A DNA stretch of 63,862 bases, from assembly GCA_902493915.1 (NCBI GenBank), contig CABUQY010000001.1, positions 1 to 63,862 of the forward strand, written 5' to 3'. The stretch comes from an uncultured Collinsella sp. GTDB lineage: Bacteria > Actinomycetota > Coriobacteriia > Coriobacteriales > Coriobacteriaceae. The notes below the pieces were generated by a model. That model ran no database searches, was not told the DNA's origin, and worked only from the letters and a program-made list of their open reading frames with translations. Position numbers and translations under genes: made by a program. Shown in pieces: positions 1-10,610 of this stretch (positions are counted from its first letter, which is position 1; every line of letters starts with the position of its first letter).

Positions 1-600
1 CCCCGCTGTCCTAGCCTAAGGGAAAACGGGATAGACTGACCGACCGTCCGGCTGAGTCTGGGAAGAGGCGCCGGGCGGCGGGCGGAGCATGGCCACCGGA
101 CCCATCGAAACACATCTCCACCGTTCCTTCAACTGGGAAAATGCCGCCCCCGGGCCCCGGGAGGGGCAGCGGGGGCGTTCGGCTAGGTGCGGGAACGGCC
201 TATTTGCTCAATGTGTTCGGCTGAGATCGGAAATCAACCCGCTTGGCTTCGTGACGGGATCCAGGAGGCCAAAAACGGGCTCTGGCCAGCATGGCAGCAT
301 GCGGCAAATTGTTCAAAATGGGTATTTATATACGACGTGACAGCAATTTTAAAAATCTTTGAACGGTGTTGCGAACCACTGGTATGCATTTCGCGACCAC
401 AGCTTTGCAAGTGCTGACCTGTGGTTTGATTTGGTTTGTCCCCGCAGCGCCGTATCTTGTCCACAGATCCGTCAAGCATTTGGTCAGCATTTGGTTGGAA
501 GACGCATGAAGTGCCGTGTGAGTATGGGCATATGTGGAGGTCATGAGGTTGTAGCTGCATGTTCTTGCAGCCTGGGAGGTTGAAAGATATTATGACCAAG

Positions 601-657
601 TCTTTTCCTGCTTCAGGCGCACCTTCACGACCTGAAGCCACATTTGCCCAGAGGAGG
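601..657 (+). promoter_or_regulatory. Candidate S6:S18 ribosomal protein leader (autogenous operator)
   Basis: Hairpin gcttcagg/cctgaagc (610-638); 601-610 can pair with the SD-containing cagaggagg (649-657), with a CC-containing internal loop just 5' of the SD. Located directly upstream of rpsF. Confidence 0.45.
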
Positions 658-664
658 TGACAAT

Positions 665-958
665 ATGAAGGCTTATGAACTGCTGTTCTTTGTTGACCCG
701 TCGCTCGACCCCGAGACTCGTCTCGCTGTTATGAAGCGTATCGATACCACGATCGCTGAGGGCGCTGGCAAGGTCGACTCCGTTGACGAGTGGGGCAAGC
801 GCAAGCTCGCCTACGAGATCAACGACCTCACCGATGGTGACTACACCCTCATCAACTTCCACGCAGATCCTACCCAGATCGCCGAGCTTGATCGCGTCCT
901 GCGCATCACCGACGCTGTGGTCCGCCACATGATCGTCCGTCGCGACGACCAGGAGTAA
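665..958 (+). CDS. rpsF: 30S ribosomal protein S6
   Basis: MKAYELLF...WGKRKLAYEI...ELDRVLRITDAVVRHMIVR; SD gaggagg upstream; rpsF-ssb-rpsR order. Confidence 0.97.
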   Translation: MKAYELLFFVDPSLDPETRLAVMKRIDTTIAEGAGKVDSVDEWGKRKLAYEINDLTDGDYTLINFHADPTQIAELDRVLRITDAVVRHMIVRRDDQE

Positions 959-1006
959 GACTGTCGTTTTGGACTGGGCTTGTGCCCCAAGAGGAAGTAG
1001 TGAGTT

Positions 1007-1459
1007 ATGAGCATCAATCGAGTGAACATCACCGGTAACCTCACCCGCGATCCCGAGCTGCGCGCCACCGCCGGCGGAACCCAGGTTCTGTCCTTTGGCG
1101 TTGCCGTGAACGATCGTCGCCGCAACGCGCAGACTGGCGAGTGGGAGGACTATCCCAACTTTGTCGACTGCACCATGTTCGGCACCCGCGCCGAGGCCGT
1201 GAGCCGTTTCCTGGCAAAGGGAAACAAGGTCGCGATCGAGGGCAAGCTGCGCTACAGCTCTTGGGAGCGCGACGGCCAGCGCCGGAGCAAGCTTGAGGTC
1301 ATCGTCGATGAGATCGAGTTTATGAGCTCCCGTGGTGGCCAGGGTGGCTACGATCAGGGCGGTTACGCCCCCGCAGCTCCCGCGCCCGCAGCACGTCCTG
1401 CCGCGCCGGTGGCTACGCCGCCCGCGGTCGACGTCTACGATGAGGACATCCCGTTCTAA
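1007..1459 (+). CDS. ssb: Single-stranded DNA-binding protein
   Basis: NRVNITGNLTRDPELR OB-fold start; acidic C-terminal DEDIPF. Confidence 0.97.
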   Translation: MSINRVNITGNLTRDPELRATAGGTQVLSFGVAVNDRRRNAQTGEWEDYPNFVDCTMFGTRAEAVSRFLAKGNKVAIEGKLRYSSWERDGQRRSKLEVIVDEIEFMSSRGGQGGYDQGGYAPAAPAPAARPAAPVATPPAVDVYDEDIPF

Positions 1460-1531
1460 GGGTTGTTCACCTATTTTTGAGTGAGAGGCGGCTTCGGTTC
1501 GCCGAAGTTGCCAAATGAAAGGTATTTTGAC

Positions 1532-1798
1532 ATGGCTAATGATTTTTCTGCACGTCAGCCGCGTCGTAAGTACTGCCAGTTCTGCAAGGAGAACACTGAG
1601 TTCATCGACTATAAGGACACTCAGCTTCTCCGTAAGTACATGACCGACCGTGGCAAGATCAAGCCCCGTCGCGTCACTGGCGCTTGCACGCAGCATCAGC
1701 ATGACATCGCCAACGCCATCAAGCGCGCCCGCGAGATGGCTCTCCTGCCGTACACCGTCCCCGTGGTTTCCTCTCGTGGCAACCGCGACCGCGGCTAA
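1532..1798 (+). CDS. rpsR: 30S ribosomal protein S18
   Basis: RRKYCQFC...IDYKD...[10 protein letters not shown]...[13 protein letters not shown]; start set to the ATG at 1532. Confidence 0.97.
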   Translation: MANDFSARQPRRKYCQFCKENTEFIDYKDTQLLRKYMTDRGKIKPRRVTGACTQHQHDIANAIKRAREMALLPYTVPVVSSRGNRDRG

Positions 1799-1813
1799 GA
1801 AGGGAGACGCATC

Positions 1814-2353
1814 ATGAAGGTTATTCTTCTCGATGAGATCAAGGGCAAGGGCGGCGAGGGTGACGTCGTAGAGGTCGCTCAGGGTTACGCTGAGAACTTC
1901 CTGTTCCCCAAGAAGCTCGCTGTTGCCGCCACCAAGGGCAACCTCAAGCAGCTTGACGAGCGTCGCAACAACATCGCCAAGCGCGAGGCCGTCCGTCTGG
2001 CTACTGCCAACGAGACCAAGGCTGCCTTCGAGGGCAAGACGGTCACCGTTGACGTCAAGGTCGGCGACGAGGGCATCCTCTTTGGCTCCGTTACCGCCGC
2101 TATGATCGCTGACGCCATCAAGGCTCAGCTCGGTATGGACATCGACCGCAAGCGCGTCGAGCTCGGTAAGCCCATCAAGGTTGCCGGTGCCCACACCGTT
2201 GCCATCTCGCTGTACCGCGAGATCAAGGCCGAGGTTGTCGTTCTCGTCGGCGTTACCGCCGAGGAGCTCGCTGCCGAGGCTGAGGTCGAGGAGGCCGCTG
2301 AGGTCGCCGAGGCCGAGACCGCCGAGGTCGAGACTGAGGCTGCTGCCGAGTAG
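1814..2353 (+). CDS. rplI: 50S ribosomal protein L9
   Basis: MKVILL...GDVVEVAQGYAENFLFP, LFGSVT motif; acidic Ala/Glu tail. Confidence 0.97.
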   Translation: MKVILLDEIKGKGGEGDVVEVAQGYAENFLFPKKLAVAATKGNLKQLDERRNNIAKREAVRLATANETKAAFEGKTVTVDVKVGDEGILFGSVTAAMIADAIKAQLGMDIDRKRVELGKPIKVAGAHTVAISLYREIKAEVVVLVGVTAEELAAEAEVEEAAEVAEAETAEVETEAAAE

Positions 2354-2385
2354 CATTTGCTGCAACGCAACAATCTTGTTCTAAG

Positions 2386-2424
2386 AAGGGCGCTCTGGGA
2401 AACCAGGGCGCCCTTTTGTTTTTT
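2386..2424 (+). terminator. Intrinsic terminator after rplI
   Basis: aagggcgctctgg-gaaa-ccagggcgccctt followed by a T-rich tract. Confidence 0.85.
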
Positions 2425-2577
2425 GCGCTGAGTGAGTGTCATGGTGAACGTTGCGTCGAAGTCCTATATACAGGACCGTTCATCCGTTTGGTTCGGTGAT
2501 GATTGGCGGCGCGCGGCGCGTTTTGGGACCGTGGCTGATACTATGGATGCTCGCAAGCGATATGAATGAGGATGCTC

Positions 2578-3969
2578 ATGGCATATGACGATAGGGAGAC
2601 GGGGCTGACGGTCGAGGACCGCGGCTCAAAGTTGGGTCTTCCCCAAAACCAAGATGCAGAGGCCAATGTACTGGCCGCTATGCTGCTATCGCCCGAGGTG
2701 GTCGAAGAGGCCCAGGTCGAGCTGCAGCCCGATGATTTCTACCGGCCCATTCATAAGACCATCTACACCGCGATGGTCGATATGTACAACAGCCGCATTC
2801 CCATCGACTCCATCTCGCTGATCGATTACCTGCGAAGCATCAACAAGCTCGATGCCGTGGGCGGCGAGGCCTACATTTTGGAGCTGATGGGTCAGACTCT
2901 GTCGCTCGTGAACTGGCAGCACCATGCCGCCATCGTTCGTCGCGATTCGATGCTGCGCGAGCTGATCGGCGCCACCAACGAGATCAACGCGCTGGCATAT
3001 AACGCCCCCACCGACACCAAGGAGGTCGTGGAGCTAGCCGAGAGCAAGCTGCTCAAGGTCACGGCACGCGAGGTCAAGTCGAGCTACAAGACGCTGACCG
3101 AGTTTATGGTTGAGGCCTATAACGAGGCCGAGGAAGTGTGTCAGGCCGGTGGTCAGGCTGCGGGCGTGCCCACGGGCTTCCCGTCACTCGACCGCATGCT
3201 CATGGGCTTCCGCGAGGGCCAGCTCATCATTATCGGCGCCCGCCCTGCTGTGGGTAAGACGTCGTTCGCCCTGAATCTGGCGCTCAACGCTGCCGCTGCC
3301 GGTTATACCGTCGGCTTCTTCTCGCTGGAGATGTCGGGCAAAGAAATTGCCCAGCGTCTGATTTGCGCCTACGCCATGATCTCGATCAGTGACTTCCGCA
3401 TGGGCCGCATTAGCCCCGAGCAGTGGGCCAATATCAACGAGGCCACGCAGACCTTGTCCAAGCTCGATATTCTGATTGACGATACGCCCGGCACCACAGT
3501 GACCGAGATTCGCGCCAAGAGCCGCCGCATGCTCCATAACAAGGAGAAGGCAATCATCATCCTGGACTACCTGCAGCTGGTGAGTCCTCCGCCGGGACGC
3601 CGCTCCGAGAGCCGTACCGTCGAGGTTTCGGAGATGTCGCGTGGTCTGAAGATCATGGCCAAGGAGCTCAAGATCCCGCTCATCGCGCTGTCGCAGCTCT
3701 CGCGTCAGGTCGAATCCCGTACCGGCAAGCGCCCGCAGCTTTCCGACCTTCGTGAATCGGGCTCCATCGAGCAGGACGCCGATATCGTTATGTTCTTGGA
3801 CCGCTCCGCCGACGAGGCCGAGGCCTCGCGCGACGATCGACCCGACGAGGGCGTTACGCGTATCGTCGTGGCCAAGAACCGTTCGGGCCCGATCGGCGAC
3901 GTCGATCTGATGTTCCTGCCGGCATCCACCAAGTTCTATGAGCTTGATGGGGCACATGCCGAGGAGTAG
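2578..3969 (+). CDS. dnaB: Replicative DNA helicase
   Basis: Walker A GARPAVGKT, FSLEMS, IILDYLQL, LSQLSR, SDLRESGSIEQDAD, AKNRSG. Start could be 2566, 2572 or 2578. Confidence 0.96.
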   Translation: MAYDDRETGLTVEDRGSKLGLPQNQDAEANVLAAMLLSPEVVEEAQVELQPDDFYRPIHKTIYTAMVDMYNSRIPIDSISLIDYLRSINKLDAVGGEAYILELMGQTLSLVNWQHHAAIVRRDSMLRELIGATNEINALAYNAPTDTKEVVELAESKLLKVTAREVKSSYKTLTEFMVEAYNEAEEVCQAGGQAAGVPTGFPSLDRMLMGFREGQLIIIGARPAVGKTSFALNLALNAAAAGYTVGFFSLEMSGKEIAQRLICAYAMISISDFRMGRISPEQWANINEATQTLSKLDILIDDTPGTTVTEIRAKSRRMLHNKEKAIIILDYLQLVSPPPGRRSESRTVEVSEMSRGLKIMAKELKIPLIALSQLSRQVESRTGKRPQLSDLRESGSIEQDADIVMFLDRSADEAEASRDDRPDEGVTRIVVAKNRSGPIGDVDLMFLPASTKFYELDGAHAEE

Positions 3970-4053
3970 GACAGGCGCCCGTTGCACGGGTATACTGGGA
4001 ATGTTTTGTGCTTCTGCGTGCCGGCGTGGCGCGTAGACAGTCCATGAATGTAA

Positions 4054-5349
<1,296 letters not shown>

Positions 5350-5467
5350 TCGGGACTATTTGGTTATTGCGATATACCCCTTTGCAGCCCGGACGGGCGG
5401 CCGAGGGGTATATTTGCTTGCAAAGGGCTCGCGCGGAGCGGGCCGTTCATCCATAGAGGAGGCACCC

Positions 5468-6772
5468 TTGAAGGCGGACACTCAAACCATCGACATCCTG
5501 TTGTTGGGCAGCGGCGGCCGTGAGCATGCTTTGGCAGCTAAGCTCGCAGCATCACCGCGCGCCGGCAAGCTCTACATCGCGCCGGGTAACGGCGGCACCG
5601 CGAGCTGCGGCGAGAACGTTGTTCTCGACGACTGCGATCCTGCGGCCGTGGCGGCGTTTGCGCAGAGCCACGGATGCGGACTCGTGGTAATTGGCCCCGA
5701 GGCTCCGCTCGTGGCGGGCGTGGCCGACGCCGTGCGCGCGGCGGGTATTCCCTGCTTTGGCCCGGGTGCCGAGGGCGCCCAGATGGAGGGCTCCAAGCTG
5801 TTCTCCAAGCAGCTCATGGAACGTGCGGGCATTCCGACGGCAGCCTATGGTTCGTTTACCGACGAGGCTTCGGCTCTCGCCTACGTGCGCGAGCAGGGCG
5901 CCCCGCTGGTCGTGAAGGCCGACGGCCTTGCCGCGGGCAAGGGCGTTATCGTGGCGACCGAACTTGAGCAGGCCGAGGAGGCCGTGCGCGAGTGCTTTGG
6001 CGGCACCTTTGGCGATGCCGGCAATACCGTGGTCATCGAGGAGATGCTGACCGGCCCCGAGTGCTCGCTGTTGGCCTTTACCGACGGCAAGACCGTGCGC
6101 CCCATGGCCACCTCGCAGGACCACAAGCGCGCGCTCGAGGGCGACAAGGGCCCCAACACCGGCGGCATGGGCGTCTACAGCCCGGTGCCCATCGTGACCG
6201 ACGAGGAGCACGCCACCATGGTGAAGGTCATGGAGCAGACCGTGGCCGAGCTTGCTGCCGAGGGTATCGACTACCGCGGCTGCCTGTACGGCGGCTTTAT
6301 GCTCACGCCTGCCGGTCCCAAGGTACTGGAGTTCAATGCCCGCTTTGGCGACCCCGAGACGCAGGTCGTGCTGCCGCGCCTTAAGAATGACCTGGTCGAG
6401 GTCATGCTGGCTTGTGCCAACTGCGAGCTCGATCAGATTGAGCTCGACTGGCGTGACGAGTGGGCCGTGGCCATTGTCCTGACGAGCACGGGTTATCCCG
6501 GCAGCTACGAGAAGGGCAAGGTCATCACCGGTATCGCCGATGCCGAGGCCATGGAGAACGTGACCGTGTACCACGCGGGCACTGCCGTGGTGGACGGCCA
6601 GCTCGTGACCAATGGTGGCCGCGTGCTTGCCGTGACCGCTCTGGGCGACACGTTCGAGAACGCTCGCAACCTTGCCTACGAGGCCTGCGAGAAGATTGAT
6701 TTTGAGGGCAAGACCCTGCGTCACGACATCGGCCTGCGCGCGCTGCGCGGCCGCGACGCCTGGGATGCCTAA
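5468..6772 (+). CDS. purD: Phosphoribosylamine-glycine ligase
   Basis: [45 protein letters not shown] start after SD gaggagg. Confidence 0.96.
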   Translation: MKADTQTIDILLLGSGGREHALAAKLAASPRAGKLYIAPGNGGTASCGENVVLDDCDPAAVAAFAQSHGCGLVVIGPEAPLVAGVADAVRAAGIPCFGPGAEGAQMEGSKLFSKQLMERAGIPTAAYGSFTDEASALAYVREQGAPLVVKADGLAAGKGVIVATELEQAEEAVRECFGGTFGDAGNTVVIEEMLTGPECSLLAFTDGKTVRPMATSQDHKRALEGDKGPNTGGMGVYSPVPIVTDEEHATMVKVMEQTVAELAAEGIDYRGCLYGGFMLTPAGPKVLEFNARFGDPETQVVLPRLKNDLVEVMLACANCELDQIELDWRDEWAVAIVLTSTGYPGSYEKGKVITGIADAEAMENVTVYHAGTAVVDGQLVTNGGRVLAVTALGDTFENARNLAYEACEKIDFEGKTLRHDIGLRALRGRDAWDA

Positions 6773-6793
6773 AATCCGAGAGGAATGAGACGG

Positions 6794-7489
6794 ATGGACG
6801 AGAAGAACGAAGAGCTCATGGACGCGCAGATCGTCGAAGAGGACAGCCGCATGTATGGGCACGCCGAGGGCGAGCCTGGTGGCGAGGTCGCTGACGAGCC
6901 GGCACTGGTGCTGGGCGACGACGACCCGCACGATGCCGAGCTGCACGAGAAGATTCTTTCGGAGGAGTGCGCCTGGAAGGGCAAGATCCTTGACGTCCAC
7001 CGTCTTGAGGTTGAGCTGCCCAACGGTCACCGCAGCGCCCGCGATATCGTTCGCCATCCGGGTGCGGCGGCCGTTGTGGCACTGACCGAGAGCGGCAAGA
7101 TCGTACTGGTGCGTCAGTACCGCACCGCCATCGACCGCGTGACGGTCGAGATTCCCGCCGGCAAGCTCGATCCAGGCGAGGACCCGCTCGATTGCGCCAA
7201 GCGCGAACTGCACGAGGAGACGGGCTTTAGGGCTGGTCGTATTCGCTTTTTGACGTCGATTGTCACGTCCTGCGGTTTTTGCGATGAGATCATCCACATC
7301 TACTTGGCCACCAAGCTCGAGTTTGATGCGCCCAACCCCGATGATGACGAGTTTGTCAACGTGGACCTGGTGCCGCTGCACGAGCTGATCGACGCCGTGC
7401 TCGACGGCAAGATCGAAGACGCCAAGACCGTCGTGGGCGCCTTGGCCTGCGATAGCATCGCGCACCGCTTGGGTGGGGCCGAGCTGTAA
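6794..7489 (+). CDS. NUDIX hydrolase (ADP-ribose pyrophosphatase-like)
   Basis: Nudix box GKLDPGEDPLDCAKRELHEETG; VRHPGA, RQYR, IEDAKT. Confidence 0.9.
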   Translation: MDEKNEELMDAQIVEEDSRMYGHAEGEPGGEVADEPALVLGDDDPHDAELHEKILSEECAWKGKILDVHRLEVELPNGHRSARDIVRHPGAAAVVALTESGKIVLVRQYRTAIDRVTVEIPAGKLDPGEDPLDCAKRELHEETGFRAGRIRFLTSIVTSCGFCDEIIHIYLATKLEFDAPNPDDDEFVNVDLVPLHELIDAVLDGKIEDAKTVVGALACDSIAHRLGGAEL

Positions 7490-7501
7490 CGAGCGGGAAT
7501 A

Positions 7502-7540
7502 GCCCTGGGACAAGAACTACTGATTACTTTGTCCCAGGGC
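7502..7540. repeat. Palindrome with GGGACAA arms
   Basis: gccctgggacaa...ttgtcccagggc, perfect 12-bp arms. Confidence 0.7.
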
Positions 7541-7571
7541 CTTATGTTGCTGATATTTCTTTGAGGATCAC

Positions 7572-9344
7572 ATGTTTAAGAGGTTTCTTTCGTATTACGA
7601 GCCCCAGATGGGGCTTTTTGTTGCTGATACTGTTTGTGCTCTGGTGCTTGCCGCCATTGACCTGGCGTTCCCCATTATCCTGCGCAATTTGACCGGTGGG
7701 CTGTTTACTCAGGGTCAGGCTGCTATTATGCAGGCGCTCGGCATGATCGCGGTGGGCTTGGTGCTGATGTATGCCGTCCGCTGCGCCTGCCGCTATTTTG
7801 TGAGCTATTGGGGTCACGTGATGGGCGCGCGTATGGAGTCCAAAATGCGCGAGGACCTGTTTGACCAGTATGAGCGCTTTAGCTTTGCATACTTCGACCG
7901 CAACAGCTCGGGCGACATGATGAGCCGCGTGGTCAACGACCTGTTCGATATCTGCGAGGCGGCGCACCACGTGCCCGAGTGGATCATCATCTGCGGCATC
8001 GAGATCATCGGCTCGTTTGTGATCCTCTTTACCATTGCCCCGGTGCTGGCGCTCGCCATGGCCGTGGTGACGGCGGCGTTTGCGGTCATCATGTTTTGGC
8101 AGAACATGCGTATGCGCGAGGTTTTTAGCGACAACCGCAAAAAGATCAGCGGCATCAATGCGCAGCTGCAGGATTCGCTTGCGGGCATGCGCGTAGTCAA
8201 GAGCTTTGCCAACGAGGAGACCGAGCGCGCCAAGTTCCGTGCCTCTAACGATCGCTACCTTTCGTCCAAGGAGAACATGTATCACGCCATGGGCGTCTAT
8301 ACCGCGACGTATGGCCTGCTCTCGGGTGTGCTCTATGTGATCGTGGTGCTGCTGGGCGGCTGGCTGGTCGCCCAGGGACAGCTGCAGGCGGTCGATATGG
8401 CGACCTTTGCACTCTATATTTCGCTGTTCTGCACGCCGCTCGAGACGCTCGTCAATTCGGCCGAAACGTATCAGAAGGCTATCGCCGGCTTTAAACGTAT
8501 GGACGAGGTGCTCTCGACCGCGCCGGATATCCAGGACAAGCCGGGCGCTACGGATCTGCAGGTGACTGCCGGCGCCGTGGAGTATCACGACGTGTGCTTT
8601 AACTACGAGGATGTCGAGCTGGGCGAGGGCTATGCCGACGAGCGTCCCGTTATCGACCATATGAATCTGTCCATCAAGCCCGGGCAGACCATCGCGCTGG
8701 TTGGCCCTTCGGGCGGTGGCAAGTCCACGACCTGTTCGCTGCTGCCGCGCTTTTATGACGTGGCTGCCGGATCCATTAGCATCGACGGCCAGGACGTGCG
8801 CGATGTGACGCAGCAGAGCCTGCGCCGCGCCATCGGCCTGGTGCAGCAGGATGTCTATCTATTTGACGGTACGATTGGCGAGAACATCGCCTACGGCAAG
8901 CCGGGCGCCACGGCAGAAGAGATCGCCGAGGCCGCCCGTCGCGCCAACATCGATGCCTTTATCGAGTCGCTTCCGCAGGGCTACGACACCGTGGTGGGCG
9001 AGCGCGGCAGCCGTCTTTCGGGCGGACAGAAGCAGCGCGTTGCCATCGCGCGCGTGTTTCTCAAGAACCCCAAGATCCTGATTTTGGACGAGGCGACGAG
9101 TGCTTTGGATAACGAGAGCGAGGAGGCGGTGCAGGAGTCACTCGAAGAGCTGGCACGCGGCCGCACCACGATTATTATCGCCCACCGTCTTTCGACCATT
9201 AAGCATGCCGATGAGATTGCGACCGTTGAGCATGGTCGCGTTGTGGAGCGTGGCACGCACGAGGAGCTTCTCGCCCGTGGCGGCACCTATGCCCGTTACT
9301 ATCGAATGCAGTTCGAAGGTGCGCGTGCGCACGAGCTCGACTGA
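7572..9344 (+). CDS. ABC exporter, fused permease and ATPase
   Basis: N-terminal TM domain, GPSGGGKST, LSGGQKQR, ILDEATSALD. Confidence 0.93.
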   Translation: MFKRFLSYYEPQMGLFVADTVCALVLAAIDLAFPIILRNLTGGLFTQGQAAIMQALGMIAVGLVLMYAVRCACRYFVSYWGHVMGARMESKMREDLFDQYERFSFAYFDRNSSGDMMSRVVNDLFDICEAAHHVPEWIIICGIEIIGSFVILFTIAPVLALAMAVVTAAFAVIMFWQNMRMREVFSDNRKKISGINAQLQDSLAGMRVVKSFANEETERAKFRASNDRYLSSKENMYHAMGVYTATYGLLSGVLYVIVVLLGGWLVAQGQLQAVDMATFALYISLFCTPLETLVNSAETYQKAIAGFKRMDEVLSTAPDIQDKPGATDLQVTAGAVEYHDVCFNYEDVELGEGYADERPVIDHMNLSIKPGQTIALVGPSGGGKSTTCSLLPRFYDVAAGSISIDGQDVRDVTQQSLRRAIGLVQQDVYLFDGTIGENIAYGKPGATAEEIAEAARRANIDAFIESLPQGYDTVVGERGSRLSGGQKQRVAIARVFLKNPKILILDEATSALDNESEEAVQESLEELARGRTTIIIAHRLSTIKHADEIATVEHGRVVERGTHEELLARGGTYARYYRMQFEGARAHELD

Positions 9345-9363
9345 TTGATATGACAGGAAGTTT

Positions 9364-10329
9364 ATGGCTGACAAGAACCCTTTGACTCCGGAAGAAGTGA
9401 CGGAGTTATTCTCCGAAATCGATGCATCCGGCGTCTTGGATCCCACGCTCGCCAAAAAGCGTACCGAGCGCATGCGTGAGAAGGAGGCTGCGGCCAAGCG
9501 CGGTGACAAAGCGGCGCTAGCACAGCTGCGCAGCGAGGACCGCGCGAGCCAGGCAAAACATATCGACCCGCTGTCCGAGGACGATCCTTCGGGCTCGCAG
9601 GTGAGCCATACCATTACGAAGACCGCGATGGCCGTGGTCATCGGTATTTTGGTGCTGATCGTGGGCATGCAGATCGGCTACGGCGTGATGCGCCGTCTGA
9701 ATACCGCCAACCTGTCCGAGAGCGTTTCGGTTGATACCGTTTCTACAGCACTCAAGGGTGGACTCGAGTGGGGCAACGGCTTTACGCAGTTCCCGCTCGA
9801 CTTTACCGTCGATGAAGCCGATGAGCGTACGGGCACGGTCGAGGTGACGGTGTTGGACACATCGTCTGCCAACGAGCTCGAGCTGCTGTCCAACGGGCAG
9901 ATCCAGGCCGCGGCGCTTGCGACCAACGCGCTGCTCAACGACAAGATCGACCGCGTGGTGTATAACGTTCACGCCTATATCGACGAGGATAGCAACATTC
10001 AGCACGATTCCTTCTTTGGCATGTTCCCCGCGCGGGGCCACCAGAGCGCCATTTTGACGTTCGTGTGGACCAAGAGCTCATCCAACGCCACGAGTATCGA
10101 CTGGAAGATGCGCATCGTGAGTATGGATGACACCATCGCCGAGCGCATTCAGAAGCAGGTGAACTCGGTGTCGTCGTTGATTGAGGACCCGGTGGTGAGC
10201 CAGACCAAGATTGACGAGGAAAAGGCCGAGCGTGACCTGGAACATCGTCTGCATGGCCGCGAGATTTTCCGCGGCGGCAAGCCCGATCGCACACCGTCCG
10301 AACTGCTGGAGCAGGACAAGAGAAAGTAA
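9364..10329 (+). CDS. Hypothetical single-pass membrane protein
   Basis: 321-aa ORF with host-like codon use and one hydrophobic helix (AMAVVIGILVLIVGMQIG). Confidence 0.75.
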   Translation: MADKNPLTPEEVTELFSEIDASGVLDPTLAKKRTERMREKEAAAKRGDKAALAQLRSEDRASQAKHIDPLSEDDPSGSQVSHTITKTAMAVVIGILVLIVGMQIGYGVMRRLNTANLSESVSVDTVSTALKGGLEWGNGFTQFPLDFTVDEADERTGTVEVTVLDTSSANELELLSNGQIQAAALATNALLNDKIDRVVYNVHAYIDEDSNIQHDSFFGMFPARGHQSAILTFVWTKSSSNATSIDWKMRIVSMDDTIAERIQKQVNSVSSLIEDPVVSQTKIDEEKAERDLEHRLHGREIFRGGKPDRTPSELLEQDKRK

Positions 10330-10366
10330 GACGTCATCATCCCGCGTGAGCCACAAGCCTCGCGGG

Positions 10367-10473
10367 ATGATTTTTCTGGGACGGGGATTAAAAAATCATT
10401 CTGTCATGTATGCAGTTGGCGACAAAGCTCTGCTCTCAGAATGATTTTTTAATCCCCGTCCCAGAAAAATCAT
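10367..10473. repeat. REPIN-like doublet, perfect 37-bp inverted repeat
   Basis: atgatttttctgggacggggattaaaaaatcattctg (10367-10403) and its exact reverse complement (10437-10473). Confidence 0.9.
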
Positions 10474-10491
10474 TATGCATAGAAAGTCATA
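10474..10491. promoter_or_regulatory. Possible ArgR (ARG) box upstream of carAB
   Basis: TATGCATAGAAAGTCATA resembles the TGMAT-N4-ATKCA ARG consensus; a single imperfect box. Confidence 0.3.
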
Positions 10492-10571
10492 ATTATCATT
10501 TCGTAAACATTTCGATGAAATTAACGCCATGAGGCATGCTTGCGGTTACAATACCGCGAGGCCTAACTACA

Positions 10572-10606
10572 CACCTTTAAGCCGGTCCTGTGAGACCGGG
10601 AAGGAG
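10572..10606 (+). promoter_or_regulatory. PyrR-binding RNA loop overlapping the carA SD
   Basis: CCTTTAAGCCGGTCCTGTGAGACCGGGAAGG matches the PyrR consensus (UUUAA bulge, GUCCNGNGAG loop, CCUU/AAGG stem); the 3' arm is the SD aaggag. Confidence 0.8.
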
Positions 10607-10610
10607 AATT

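Noticed and set aside
89..583. Short ORFs upstream of rpsF
   Set aside because: Overlapping, atypical codon use and no recognisable motifs.
590..2365. 591-aa minus-strand ORF, and similar long antisense ORFs (5552-7513, 13412-15589, 34829-36520, 54252-56741)
   Set aside because: They shadow well-supported genes on the opposite strand; GC-rich codon bias removes antisense stop codons; no recognisable motifs.
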